From contig CBDASK010000003.1 in the NCBI GenBank assembly GCA_965199495.1, positions 2,432,001 to 2,496,000 on the forward strand: a stretch of 64,000 bases of DNA, in the 5' to 3' direction. Made by a program: the position numbers and the translations under genes. Every line of letters starts with the position of its first letter. Within the stretch, counting starts at the first letter, position 1. Below are positions 28,364 through 38,413 of this stretch, one piece after another. Source of the stretch: Abditibacterium sp. (GTDB lineage: Bacteria; Armatimonadota; Abditibacteriia; Abditibacteriales; Abditibacteriaceae). The notes under the pieces are model-generated. The model ran no database searches and was not told the origin of the DNA. It saw only the letters and a list, made by a program, of their open reading frames with translations.

Positions 28364-29788
28364 ATGTCGCCCGAATCACAGCCCCAAACTCCACCCCTTT
28401 CTCCGCCCGCCACCGATGTTGACTTTCACGCGCTCCGCCAAAACCGGATGCGCGAAGCTCACGCACAGGCCGCCGTGCCCCTGCCCGAATTGAAAATCGG
28501 CGAAGTCTCGACTAATGAAGTCGCGCCCGAAAACGATCCGTTCGTGCCCGAAACGCCCGAAGCGCGGCGGCGCGCGGCCAAACTGCAAATCGAAAACGGC
28601 GCGCCCAAACTTTCGCCCGACGAATCGAAACAGTTCGAGCGCCTCATCAAATCGCGGCGCCTCGCGCCCTGCCATTGGGGCTTGCTCGTCGCTGCCTTGA
28701 TTTTGACGGCGCTCTCGATTCCGCTCGTCTATTCGGCTTCGACGGCGATTGCTTTGGATCAGCATCATGGCGATACCAACTTCTTTTTGTGGCGCCAGAT
28801 CGGTTACTCGATTGTCGGTTTGGGCGTCATGCTGTTCGCCTCGCGCATCGCGCCCGAAAAGTTGCGCGCTTTCGCGTGGGGACTTTACGCGTTCGCCATT
28901 TTGGGTCTGTTAGCGACCAAGTTTTCGCCGCTGGGTTATTCGATGGGCAACGTCGAACGCTGGGTCAAACTGGGGCCGCTGACGTTTCAGTTTTCCGAAT
29001 TGGCCAAAATCGCCGTCATTGGTATTATGGCCGATTTCTGGAGCCGGGCCGCGCGCCAATCGCAGAAGTCCATGACGCCGTGGCTGGTCACGGCGGCGCT
29101 GGCGGGCATCCCGATTGTTTTGACGTTTATTCAGCCGCACTTATCGGCGACGCTGGTTTTGCTGTTGTTGCCTTTGGCCGTCGCGTTTTTCGCGGGCGCG
29201 CCGACCAAACATTTCATCACGATTTTTGTGCCGTTTCTGGTTGTCATCGCTGCAACGATTGGCCTGTGCAAAACGCACAAAATGCCGTTTATGGCGCCCT
29301 ATCAACAAGACCGCATCGCCGCCAAGTTCGGCGGCGACGACGCCAGTGACGACCGGGGCAACAACTATCAATCGTTGCAGGGCCAGCGCGCCATTATGCG
29401 CGGCGGTCTCACCGGCGTGGGATTGGGCGCGTCGTTGTATAAACAGGGCCATCTGCCCGCGCCGCACACCGACTTTATTTTCGCGGTCATCGCCGAAGAG
29501 ACCGGCGCGTGGGGCGTGCTTTTGCTGCTCACGCTTTATGGCGCCATCGTGTTCTTCTGCTTTCAGATTGGGCACAGTGCCAGCAACGGTTTCGATTCGC
29601 TGCTCTGCGTTGGCATCGGCACGCTGTGGGCGTTGCAGGTTTTGGGCAATATCGCCGTCGTTTCGGGCGTGATGCCCGTCACCGGTATGCCGCTACCGAT
29701 TCTCACGTTCGGCGGTTCGGGATTGTGGTGCGCGCTGTTTGGTCTGGGCTTAGTTTTGGCCGTCTCGCGCGCACAGGGCGAAAGTTAA
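28364..29788 (+). CDS. ftsW: FtsW/RodA/SpoVE SEDS-family protein with an N-terminal extension of about 100 aa
   Basis: RWVKLGPLTFQFSELAK, YQSLQG..A..GG..GVGLG, LPAPHTDFIFAVIAEE, PVTGMPLP; GGAG upstream of ATG 28364. Confidence 0.88.
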   Translation: MSPESQPQTPPLSPPATDVDFHALRQNRMREAHAQAAVPLPELKIGEVSTNEVAPENDPFVPETPEARRRAAKLQIENGAPKLSPDESKQFERLIKSRRLAPCHWGLLVAALILTALSIPLVYSASTAIALDQHHGDTNFFLWRQIGYSIVGLGVMLFASRIAPEKLRAFAWGLYAFAILGLLATKFSPLGYSMGNVERWVKLGPLTFQFSELAKIAVIGIMADFWSRAARQSQKSMTPWLVTAALAGIPIVLTFIQPHLSATLVLLLLPLAVAFFAGAPTKHFITIFVPFLVVIAATIGLCKTHKMPFMAPYQQDRIAAKFGGDDASDDRGNNYQSLQGQRAIMRGGLTGVGLGASLYKQGHLPAPHTDFIFAVIAEETGAWGVLLLLTLYGAIVFFCFQIGHSASNGFDSLLCVGIGTLWALQVLGNIAVVSGVMPVTGMPLPILTFGGSGLWCALFGLGLVLAVSRAQGES

Positions 29789-29790
29789 AA

Positions 29791-29881
29791 GCAAGGGACA
29801 AGTGACAAGTAGAAGGGAACAAGGGCGACGCAGGGAGCCGTTGCCGCAAACCTTGTCCCGTGTTCCCTGTCCCTTGTCACT
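29791..29881. repeat. Degenerate heptamer palindrome (AGGGACA-type units)
   Basis: caagggacaagtgacaagtagaagggaacaaggg ... ccttgtcccgtgttccctgtcccttgtcac. Confidence 0.65.
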
Positions 29882-29890
29882 TTTTAAATT

Positions 29891-30892
29891 ATGTATTTCA
29901 TCGGCATTGACGGCGGCGGGAGCACGACGCGGGCGGTTGTAATCAACGAGCACCGCGAAGTTTTGGGGCGCGGCGAGTCCGGCCCATCGAGTCATTATGC
30001 GGTCGGCCCGGCGGTGGCAACCACGTCGTGTCAGGAGGCGGCGCAATTGGCGATTCAAAACGCGCGCGATATACACCCGGATTTTGACGCCGAACAGATC
30101 GCCGCGTGGGGATTTGGTCTGGCGGGCGTGCGCCGCGAAGCCGATCAGGAACTGATGAACGCGTTTCTCTCCGAGATTTGCGACGTGCCGTTTTTGCTCG
30201 ATACCGATGTCGTCGCGGCGCACGCGGGCGCCTTTGCGGGCGATCCGGGCATTGTTGTCTCGGCGGGCACAGGCGCCATCACGTTGGGCGCCGACGAGTA
30301 TGGCGAGCAGTTTTACGCCGACGGCTGGGGACCGCTGATGGGCGACGAAGGCGGCGGTTATTGGATCGGCGTTGAGGCGTTGCGCGCCGTTTGCCGTTCG
30401 CTCGATGGGCGCTCGCACGCCACTCAACTGACAGCGCCGATTTTCAAGATGCTCGGCGTGGCTGATGGCGGGCAGTTGGTGCAGTTCGTCTATTCGGAGG
30501 TCTGCACGCGCAACGACATCGCGCGACTCGCCGAAATCGTGTTCGAGCTGGCCGATGCGGGCGTGCCCGAAGCCGTGGACATTCGCGCGCGCGCCGCTTC
30601 GATGATGTCGCGCGGCGTGCGTAGCGTGGCGCGCGCACTCTTGCAGCGTCGCCGCGAACGCGCCATCGAAAACAATGAGGAAGATAGCCCGCCCCTTGAC
30701 ATGTTGGTGGCACTGCGCGGCGGCATCTTCGAGGACGATTTCATGCGCGCGACACTGGGTTTTTCCGCGACCGAAGCGATGGTCGAACTCAAGCGCGATT
30801 ACCTGCCGATCAACAGTTGGCGCGTCGTCAAACCGCAGCACGACGCGGCAGTTGGCGCCGCGATTTTAGCGCAATTGTTGGTGTGGAATTAA
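29891..30892 (+). CDS. BadF/BadG/BcrA/BcrD-type ATPase, likely N-acetylglucosamine/N-acetylmuramic acid kinase
   Basis: IGIDGGGSTT, AGTGA, GWG.LMGDEGGGYWIG. Confidence 0.85.
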   Translation: MYFIGIDGGGSTTRAVVINEHREVLGRGESGPSSHYAVGPAVATTSCQEAAQLAIQNARDIHPDFDAEQIAAWGFGLAGVRREADQELMNAFLSEICDVPFLLDTDVVAAHAGAFAGDPGIVVSAGTGAITLGADEYGEQFYADGWGPLMGDEGGGYWIGVEALRAVCRSLDGRSHATQLTAPIFKMLGVADGGQLVQFVYSEVCTRNDIARLAEIVFELADAGVPEAVDIRARAASMMSRGVRSVARALLQRRRERAIENNEEDSPPLDMLVALRGGIFEDDFMRATLGFSATEAMVELKRDYLPINSWRVVKPQHDAAVGAAILAQLLVWN

Positions 30893-30907
30893 CTTTTAAA
30901 AATTCAA

Positions 30908-31072
30908 TTAGCCACCAAGGACACCAAGAAAACACCAAGAAAACACCAAGGGGCACCAAGAAGGGAGAAAAGAATGAAATGTAGAAGAACTATTTGTGGT
31001 CTTGCTTCTGCGTTTAAATTCTTCTCCCTTCTTGGTGCCCCTTGGTGTTTTTTTGGTGTCCTTGGTGGCTAA
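30908..31072. repeat. Palindromic element family G built of CACCAAG units
   Basis: ttagccaccaaggacaccaagaaaacaccaagaaaacaccaaggggcaccaagaagggagaa and reverse arm with one fewer 11-bp unit. Confidence 0.85.
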
Positions 31073-31092
31073 AAACGTCAAACTAAAAATCA

Positions 31093-32283
31093 ATGATTTA
31101 TTTTGACAACGCCGCCACGACGCCGCTTCATCCTGCCGCTCTCGAAGCGATGATGCCTTATTTACAGGCGAAGTTCGGCAATCCTTCGTCGCTGCATCAT
31201 CTGGGCAAAGAGGCCCAGTTTGGCGTCGAGTGGGCGCGCGAAAGCGTCGCCGGTTTGCTGGGCGCGCGGCCCGCCGAAATTATCTTCAATTCGGGCGCCA
31301 CCGAAGGCAATAACCACGCCATCAAAGGCATCGCCGCGCATCTGTCGAGCAAAGGTCGCCACATCGTCACCACACAAATCGAACACGATGCGGTTGTGCA
31401 TCCGCTCGGCCAACTCGAAAAATTGGGCTACGAAGTGACGTATGTCGGCGTCAATTCGGGCGGCATTGTCAATTTCGATGAACTGCAAAACGCGCTGCGT
31501 CCCGACACGATTTTGGTTTCGGTGATGCACGCCAACAACGAGTTGGGAACGCTGCAACCGATTTCGCAAATCGGCGCCCTGTGCCGCGAGCGCGAGATAC
31601 TCTTTCACAGCGACGCCTGCCAAACCGTCGGCCACATTCCGGTTGATGTCAAAGCTCTGAACGTGGATTTGCTGACGTTATCGGGCCACAAGTTCTACGG
31701 CGCCAAAGGCGCGGGCGCGCTTTATGTGCGGCGCGGCGTGCGCTTGGAAACTTTGGTTGACGGCGGCCATCAACAAAAAGGTCGTCGCGCCGGAACCGAA
31801 AACGTGCCCGCAATTATCGCGATGGGCGCGGCTTGTCAAATCGCTGTTGCCGCGATGCAAAGCGGCGACGAAGCCGCCGTGGCTGCATTGCGCGAACGGC
31901 TCATCGAAGGCGTATTGAACGGCGATATGGGCGCGCATCTCAACGGCGACCGCAACAATCGCGTGCCGGGCATCGCCAATTTTTCGTTCGAGGGCATCGA
32001 AGGCGAAGGCTTGATTTTGGAATTGGACGCCCGCGCTGGCGTCTGCGCCTCGACGGGCAGCGCGTGCGCGGCGGGCAGCTTAGATCCGTCGCCAGTTTTG
32101 CTGGCGATTGGCCGCGAAGTCGGCCTGGCACGCGCCGGAACGCGCTTTTCGCTGGGACGCGAGAACGCCGCCGAAGAAGTGGACGAACTATTAAGTCTGT
32201 TGCCCGAAGTGCTGGAAAGTTTACGCGCCCTCAGCCCAGCCACGCGCGCTGGCATCGCGAGCGGAGCGGATGTTGTGGTTTAG
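31093..32283 (+). CDS. iscS: Cysteine desulfurase (IscS/NifS family)
   Basis: YFDNAATT, FGNPSS, SGHKFYG (PLP Lys), STGSAC. Confidence 0.92.
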   Translation: MIYFDNAATTPLHPAALEAMMPYLQAKFGNPSSLHHLGKEAQFGVEWARESVAGLLGARPAEIIFNSGATEGNNHAIKGIAAHLSSKGRHIVTTQIEHDAVVHPLGQLEKLGYEVTYVGVNSGGIVNFDELQNALRPDTILVSVMHANNELGTLQPISQIGALCREREILFHSDACQTVGHIPVDVKALNVDLLTLSGHKFYGAKGAGALYVRRGVRLETLVDGGHQQKGRRAGTENVPAIIAMGAACQIAVAAMQSGDEAAVAALRERLIEGVLNGDMGAHLNGDRNNRVPGIANFSFEGIEGEGLILELDARAGVCASTGSACAAGSLDPSPVLLAIGREVGLARAGTRFSLGRENAAEEVDELLSLLPEVLESLRALSPATRAGIASGADVVV

Positions 32284-32321
32284 AATTTTGGTTGAAAAGA
32301 CAAGTCACTACTCACCTGCGC

Positions 32322-32456
32322 TTGTCATTCTGAGCGGAGAGAGGCACGAACGAAGTCGAAGAATCCATCGGTTGCGAGTAAACTCGACTTTCGTCGGTAA
32401 TCTTACGTTATGGATTCTTCGACTTCGTTCGTGCCTCTCTCCGCTCAGAATGACAA
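32322..32456. repeat. Palindromic element family A, copy 2
   Basis: ttgtcattctgagcggagagaggcacgaacgaagtcgaagaatcca and exact reverse arm. Confidence 0.9.
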
Positions 32457-32486
32457 ACATGGAGAAGGGAGCGATTTGGATTAATT

Positions 32487-33536
32487 CTAATCAATCACAA
32501 CTTCACGACCCGTCTTTGACGATTCGTAAATCGCGTCCAAAATCTTCTGCAACGCCAGCGATTCTTCCGGCTTGATGAACGCCTGCGCTTCGCCGCGCAA
32601 AACGTCAATGAAGTGCGCCATGCGGTTGGTGTCCACCATCGGCGGCAACATCTCGACATCTTCGATTTTGTAACCGTTGGGCGTGTCGTGATACCATTGC
32701 AACGGCGGGAACTTCAGGCCGCCGTCGGTGCCGAAAATCTGTGTGCCGTCATAATTATCGATGTGCGCGGCCCACGAAGCCTCCAGCAAAACCGTGCGCC
32801 CGCTTTTGAGCTTGATTAAAGCAATCGCCAAATCGTCCACATCGAACGGTTTGTCGGGGTTGATTTCGCCACGGCCCCAATTTCCGTCGCCCAAGCCGCG
32901 CGGGCCAAACTCCGCGTAGGTTTTGCCCGAAACACTCGCCGCATCGAACTCGCCCATCAGATAAAGCGCGCGGTCTAAAGCGTGAACGCCGATGTCGTAG
33001 GTCGCGCCGCCGCCCGCGAACTGGGTTTGCGTGAACCACGAACCGATGCGCGGAATGCCCGACCGGCGCAGCATCGCGGTTTTGGCGTGATAAACGTCGC
33101 CGATTTTGCCCGCGTCAATCATCTGTTTGGCGGTTTGAACGGTTTCGGTCATGCGATTGTTCTGGCCGACCATCAAAAGCGTGCCCTGTTTTTTCGATTC
33201 GGCGAGCAACTGCGCCGCGTCCGAGGCGCGCGTGGCGATGGGCTTATCAACCATCACGTTTTTGCCCGCCTGCAACGCTTCCAAGCCGACGGGCGCGTGC
33301 AAAAAGTTGGGTAACGCAATCGAAACCACGTCAATATCGTCGCGCGAAAGCAGCGTTTTGTAATCGGTGGTGAGCGTGGGAATGCCAAACTCGTCGGCGG
33401 TTTCTTTGCCGCGTTCGGGCGAAACTTCGGCCAGAGCCACGACAGTGGCGTTGGGGTGCTTTTTGAAGGAGCGAATGTGGTCTTGACCAATGGCGCCCGC
33501 GCCGATAACGGCGACGTTGTAATTGTCTTTTTTCAT
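32487..33536 (-). CDS. Gfo/Idh/MocA-family oxidoreductase
   Basis: VAVIGAGAIG, DKPIA, GGGATYDIGVH. Confidence 0.9.
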   Translation of the reverse strand: MKKDNYNVAVIGAGAIGQDHIRSFKKHPNATVVALAEVSPERGKETADEFGIPTLTTDYKTLLSRDDIDVVSIALPNFLHAPVGLEALQAGKNVMVDKPIATRASDAAQLLAESKKQGTLLMVGQNNRMTETVQTAKQMIDAGKIGDVYHAKTAMLRRSGIPRIGSWFTQTQFAGGGATYDIGVHALDRALYLMGEFDAASVSGKTYAEFGPRGLGDGNWGRGEINPDKPFDVDDLAIALIKLKSGRTVLLEASWAAHIDNYDGTQIFGTDGGLKFPPLQWYHDTPNGYKIEDVEMLPPMVDTNRMAHFIDVLRGEAQAFIKPEESLALQKILDAIYESSKTGREVVID

Positions 33537-33675
33537 GGGAAAAATAGCGATATTTAAGGTTAGCCGATTGAGCGAATTCGCGCGAAATCATAGACGTTTT
33601 ATTTCGTGGTTCCTAGGAGACGAACACGCAAATATCGCCAACTCATAAATCGGGTATAATTGCCCATAAATCTCC

Positions 33676-34662
33676 ATGAAAAATACCTCTTCTTCCGTCC
33701 GCCGCGCGCTGGCTTTTACCGCGTTTTGCGCTCTTGGTTTCGTTGTGACGAATGTAACTGCTCACGCGCAAGATGCGCTAATTCAAGATACAAATGTTCC
33801 CGCCGTGGCTGCTTCGTCGGTTGTGCCAGAAACGGCGTTTCCGACGCTGCTCGCTCTGGATAATAACGGCGTGTGGGCGCTGCATATTTCCGATGGCCAG
33901 CTCAAAATTAAGGGCGATGTCGCCATTGATTCGAGCAACAAAAGCGCGCTGTGGTCTTCGGGTGGCGCGGTGCAAATTAGCGACGGCGCTTTGAAAGTGG
34001 CTGGCGGTTATACCCATTTGGGAAACAATTCGATTTCGCCGTTGCCATCGTTGGGCGGCGCGCTGGTCGCCGATCCCATCCCCGATTTTCGTATCTCTGC
34101 GGATTTGCAATTGATGTCGCCGCAGAAACTTTTTCTGCAAACCGACCCCAACGATAACGACACCGAACTCAGTCCGGGCGTTTACAACGGCGGCATTTTC
34201 GCCAGCGGCAAAGGGCGCATTCATCTCGAACCGGGCGTCTACGTGATGAACAACGGCGACTTCAACGCCATCGGCCCCACCGTCGAAGGCGAAGGCGTGA
34301 CGATTGTGATGGCGGGCGACCAAGCCGGTTCGCTGAGTTTTTCGCTGGGCGCCAAACTCATCGCCTCGGCTCCCAAAACGGGCCAACTCAAAGATTTGGT
34401 TATCATCAGCCGCGCCAGCGGCGGTTTGAACAAAGCCGTGGCTTTTTCGGTCGCTGGCGCGCGCCTCGACGGCATCGTCTACGCGCCCAATACGCAGTTC
34501 AATCTGGCGAGCCAAGCCGATGTGCGCGCCACCAAAGTGATTTGCTTCAGTTGCAGCGTGGTCGCTTCCAAACTCGAACTCACCGGCACGCGCGACCCCA
34601 ATAACGGCGACGATGCAGCCACGGCGACCGAGAACGCTGAAATGGCACCTCAGCAAAATTAA
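33676..34662 (+). CDS. Secreted hypothetical protein, beta-rich with repeated PGVY motifs
   Basis: Signal peptide ending AHA; LSPGVYNGG, LEPGVY, GEGVTI, GIVYAP. Resembles beta-solenoid/TadG-like C-terminal regions (weak). Confidence 0.65.
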   Translation: MKNTSSSVRRALAFTAFCALGFVVTNVTAHAQDALIQDTNVPAVAASSVVPETAFPTLLALDNNGVWALHISDGQLKIKGDVAIDSSNKSALWSSGGAVQISDGALKVAGGYTHLGNNSISPLPSLGGALVADPIPDFRISADLQLMSPQKLFLQTDPNDNDTELSPGVYNGGIFASGKGRIHLEPGVYVMNNGDFNAIGPTVEGEGVTIVMAGDQAGSLSFSLGAKLIASAPKTGQLKDLVIISRASGGLNKAVAFSVAGARLDGIVYAPNTQFNLASQADVRATKVICFSCSVVASKLELTGTRDPNNGDDAATATENAEMAPQQN

Positions 34663-34713
34663 TTCAATAAAAAATCGCAATCTACTGCTCTGTTTTTATC
34701 GAGCCAAAACGCA

Positions 34714-37700
34714 TTATTTGCTCGCTGCTTTATACCGAATACGCGGCGTCTCGGCAAAGACGTTTCTCATTATCGGCTGGTAATATTGCCAGAAGAATTG
34801 CGACGAATAATCGCCGTAGCGACCGGAAACTAATTTATCAACGCCGCCCAAAACTGGATATTTCTGCACTAATTCGGGCACTTGCAGATAATTGGCGACG
34901 TTGCCCGCGAAATACAATGAGCGCAATTGGCCGCGCGAATTGTCGCCGTCGCGCCAAGCCACGGCGGCGGGCAGCGAGACGCGCGTGCCGCCGTTGATCA
35001 GATATTTGGTCGGAAAACCGGCTTTGCGCAGACGCTCGCCCGCTGCGGCTTTGATTTCCAAATGATAATAAGCCAGCACGCGCGCGCCCGGTTGCGGCGT
35101 GACGACATCGAACCAGTAGCGGCCCGGAATGCGGTCGCCGACGCCGTTAAGCAACGCGTCATTCTTCACTTTTGGGTCGGTCGAATGGCGCAGCATGGCG
35201 ACGTGGCTGGTCAGACCGGCCTGAAGCGAGTTGCCCAATTCGTCTTCCAAAATTGCGATGGGTTTGCCAAAAGGCGACGGTTCGAGCGACTGCGTTTTCG
35301 GGTTGAAAATTTCGCTGGGGCCATCGGGATAAAAGACGAAACCGCGCCCGCTCGGATTGGTCGGTTTGCCCGCTTTCGCCGAAACGTAAGCGCGCACGCT
35401 TTTCCATAAGGCGTTGTCGTAGCGTTCTTCTTCGGCGAAGTTTTCGACGTAGCGGCCATACCAACCGTCGTAATGGACGTGCAAAACGCCCTCTAACTGG
35501 CGCGCGGCCTGCGCCTGACGGAATTGCACGGCGTTATAGAAAACCGAGTTTTTCAGGCCGTCCAACTTGGCACGCGCATCAATCAGCGCGCCGCGCTCGT
35601 CTTCCAGATGGCCGCGCGCGTCGCGAATCGCTTTGAAGTTATCGCCGGTCTCGACTTTTCGTAACGCCTGCCGCGCCGTCGGAATACGCACGCGTTCGAT
35701 GTTGGTGACGCGCTCACGCTGCGTTTGCGTCGCCGCCTCCAACTGCGCGGGCGCGATGAAATTGCCGGGCCGCGTCGGATAACCCAGCGTGTTCCACTCG
35801 CCAATCACCAATCCGCCCGCGCGCGCGAAACCGTCAACCGAATGGATTTCTTCGGCGCTTAAACCTCGACGCGGCGCGCGGAAACGCACGTATTTGTCGG
35901 CTCTGGCTTCATATTGGGTGAACTCGCCGTAAGTGTCGGCCAGATACAATGCGCCCGGCGTTTCGATGGTCGTGGGCAAAGGCCGGTCGCGGCCCGATGC
36001 GACATAATCGGCGACTTTGGTCGGGTCAATCGCCAAGCGTTTCGGGTCGGGCACGAAGCCGTAATAGTCCTGCGCCGCGTCGTATTGCGTATGCTGCGAC
36101 TCGCCCGCGCTCGGCCCAAAATTGGGCTGATGGCGCACTTTCAAAAAGTTCAGCGTCCACGAAAGCGCGCGGTGTTCGCCGCCGTTTTTGCCAAACGTCC
36201 GATCCAAAATCGAGACGTTGACCGGATAAATCGGCGCATTGAGCCAACTCAGCGCGCTCCAGCCCAAAACGCCGACGCCCGCCAGCATCAATAAAGTGAA
36301 GGCGCCGATGACGCGGCTCGGCGTGATCGGATTGCGCACGCCGCGCAATGGTTCGAGCGGGAGCGGGCTGGGTTGCCCCTGCGAATCGTCGAAGAACGCT
36401 TTGTTGATGGCGCCCGCGCGCACCGGTTTGTTGAGCGTGAAAATGCTGGAAAGCATCCACACATGATAGAGCGCCCAAAACGAGTTGAGTAAGACAGCCA
36501 CGCCGTCGCGCTGGTAGCCGCCGATCCAACTCCAAAGGCCCCAGCAAAACGCCCCCAGCGACAGCAAAAGCATCGCGATCTGGAACCACAAAGAAGTCCA
36601 CGCGACGCGCCCGCCGACGCCTTTGGGCGTCACGCCAAACGGGCGTTTGCGGCCCAAAAGCGCCGAAATCGCCGACGACATGTGAACCGGAAACGAGACG
36701 AAACCAATCTGCTGTCCCAACACCATCTGGTTGAGCGGAAAGCCGCGCGCTTCCATGCCCACATAAAACATGTTGAGCGAAAATAAAAAATAGGGAATGA
36801 AAACCGCGATATAGGTAAACGTATCTTGCTGCAATGGTTTGATGCCGAAAAAGATATAGGCAATCGGCAAACACATAAAGATAAAATTGACCCAGCCAAC
36901 CCAATAGTAAGTCGCCGATAAAAAGTATTCCCACCATTGTCCCAACCGAAGCGAGCGCGGATGTTTAAAGAACTCTGCGAAGATATGGCGCGCCGTGCCC
37001 AGTGTGCCAAACGACCAACGGCTTTGTTGAGTGAAATAGGCCGCCAAGTTTTCGGGCGCCAAAAGATAGACGAAAACGCGATTGAGATACAAAGAATCCC
37101 AGCCTTTGCGGTGCATCTCGAACGAAGTCGCGAAATCTTCGGTCACGCTTTTCTCGTCGAAACCGCCGACATCTTCCAAGGCCGCGCGCCGAAAAATCAC
37201 GTTCGTGCCGCAGCAAAACGCCGCGCGCGAATACGATTTGCCTTCGCAGATATATTCGTAAAACACGTTCTGCTGGCGCGCCGCCGCGAGGGCGACATAG
37301 GAAACGTCGGTGTTGGCGTAAAACTGCGGCGTCTGCACGAACGCCAATTTCGGGTTTTCCTGGATTTGCGGCACGACATCGCTCAAAAAGTTGGCGACGG
37401 GCAGCGCGTCGGCATCGAAAATCGCCAGAAACTCGGCGTCGGATTGCTTCAGATAATCGTTGATGGCGCCCGCTTTATAACCGCGCCGATTGGTGCGCTG
37501 GATGCACTCGATGCCATAACGCCGCGCGGTTTCGCGCGCGCCCTGCTGCGATTCGGGGCGCGTCGAATCGTCCAAAATCACGACTTCTTTGTTGGGATAA
37601 TTGAGCGCCATCAGCGCGCCGACAGTTTCGGCCAAAACTTCCGGCGGCTCGTTGAAACAGGCGACGATGCACGCCACGCGCGGCGTGCCCAATTCGGCGA

Positions 37701-38217
37701 ACATTCTCTGGCGCGTTTCGCGGTAGCCCCACATCGCCTTGAGCATCGAGTTGGTATAGCCGATGCCATGAATCACGATGAAGCCAAACGCGAAAAGGAG
37801 GAAAACTGAGCCAACTCGGTCAACCAAACGGTAGCCGGGCTGCAAGAGAGCCACGCCGACCGTGACGGCATAAACCGCCATGAAAAACAGGCCGAGCCAA
37901 CTGAGCCACAGCACGAGTTTGTGCGCGCGCGGTAGGTTGCGAAACCCGCGCGGCGCCCCGCGCGCCATGCGCGTGCGACGCGGCATGTTTTCCAGTTGCG
38001 CGCGTTCCGATTCGCTGGATAAGTCGCCGCTGACCGAGACGAAATTGTTGCTTTTTGCCACTGGTAAAATTAAAAATTCCCGCTTTGCCCTTCTCTTCGT
38101 CACCATTCTCGCCAACGCGAAAAGCGGCGAGTGCAAAGCGGCGTCAAGTTTAAACGTTAAAGGCGCGCGCGACCCAAATTTTGTGTGAAGCTGTTTTTTG
38201 AGGTTGAACGCGCGCAT
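34714..38217 (-). CDS. Cellulose-synthase-like processive GT2 fused to a large C-terminal domain of unknown function (true start possibly near 37986)
   Basis: DD, YKAGAIN, DAD, VQTPQ, CCGT, TED, QQSRW motifs; multiple TMs; about 500 aa C-terminal domain (ILDRT..EHR, YLADTYG, EWNT, GWYGRY). Confidence 0.85.
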   Translation of the reverse strand: MRAFNLKKQLHTKFGSRAPLTFKLDAALHSPLFALARMVTKRRAKREFLILPVAKSNNFVSVSGDLSSESERAQLENMPRRTRMARGAPRGFRNLPRAHKLVLWLSWLGLFFMAVYAVTVGVALLQPGYRLVDRVGSVFLLFAFGFIVIHGIGYTNSMLKAMWGYRETRQRMFAELGTPRVACIVACFNEPPEVLAETVGALMALNYPNKEVVILDDSTRPESQQGARETARRYGIECIQRTNRRGYKAGAINDYLKQSDAEFLAIFDADALPVANFLSDVVPQIQENPKLAFVQTPQFYANTDVSYVALAAARQQNVFYEYICEGKSYSRAAFCCGTNVIFRRAALEDVGGFDEKSVTEDFATSFEMHRKGWDSLYLNRVFVYLLAPENLAAYFTQQSRWSFGTLGTARHIFAEFFKHPRSLRLGQWWEYFLSATYYWVGWVNFIFMCLPIAYIFFGIKPLQQDTFTYIAVFIPYFLFSLNMFYVGMEARGFPLNQMVLGQQIGFVSFPVHMSSAISALLGRKRPFGVTPKGVGGRVAWTSLWFQIAMLLLSLGAFCWGLWSWIGGYQRDGVAVLLNSFWALYHVWMLSSIFTLNKPVRAGAINKAFFDDSQGQPSPLPLEPLRGVRNPITPSRVIGAFTLLMLAGVGVLGWSALSWLNAPIYPVNVSILDRTFGKNGGEHRALSWTLNFLKVRHQPNFGPSAGESQHTQYDAAQDYYGFVPDPKRLAIDPTKVADYVASGRDRPLPTTIETPGALYLADTYGEFTQYEARADKYVRFRAPRRGLSAEEIHSVDGFARAGGLVIGEWNTLGYPTRPGNFIAPAQLEAATQTQRERVTNIERVRIPTARQALRKVETGDNFKAIRDARGHLEDERGALIDARAKLDGLKNSVFYNAVQFRQAQAARQLEGVLHVHYDGWYGRYVENFAEEERYDNALWKSVRAYVSAKAGKPTNPSGRGFVFYPDGPSEIFNPKTQSLEPSPFGKPIAILEDELGNSLQAGLTSHVAMLRHSTDPKVKNDALLNGVGDRIPGRYWFDVVTPQPGARVLAYYHLEIKAAAGERLRKAGFPTKYLINGGTRVSLPAAVAWRDGDNSRGQLRSLYFAGNVANYLQVPELVQKYPVLGGVDKLVSGRYGDYSSQFFWQYYQPIMRNVFAETPRIRYKAASK

Positions 38218-38287
38218 TTCATAACAGCGGTTTGTCCGCGTGAGGCCGTTGCGCAGACGGGCAATTGAGCAAATACCGCCGCCTTCA

Positions 38288-38328
38288 TTGTCATTCCGCG
38301 AGCAAGCTCCTTACTCGCGGAATGACAA
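38288..38328. repeat. Short GTCATT...AATGAC hairpin related to family A ends
   Basis: ttgtcattccgcgag ... ctcgcggaatgacaa. Confidence 0.65.
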
Positions 38329-38413
38329 GCGGGCGTAACTGGGCAACTCTTATCTAAATCCGCTATTCTGTTCGTTACGCCGTCCTCGATAATTTCGCGC
38401 AAACTCAACAGCA

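Noticed and set aside
30908..31072. CACCAAG repeats as a possible CRISPR array
   Set aside because: Units are 9-11 bp with no spacers and form an inverted pair; no cas genes
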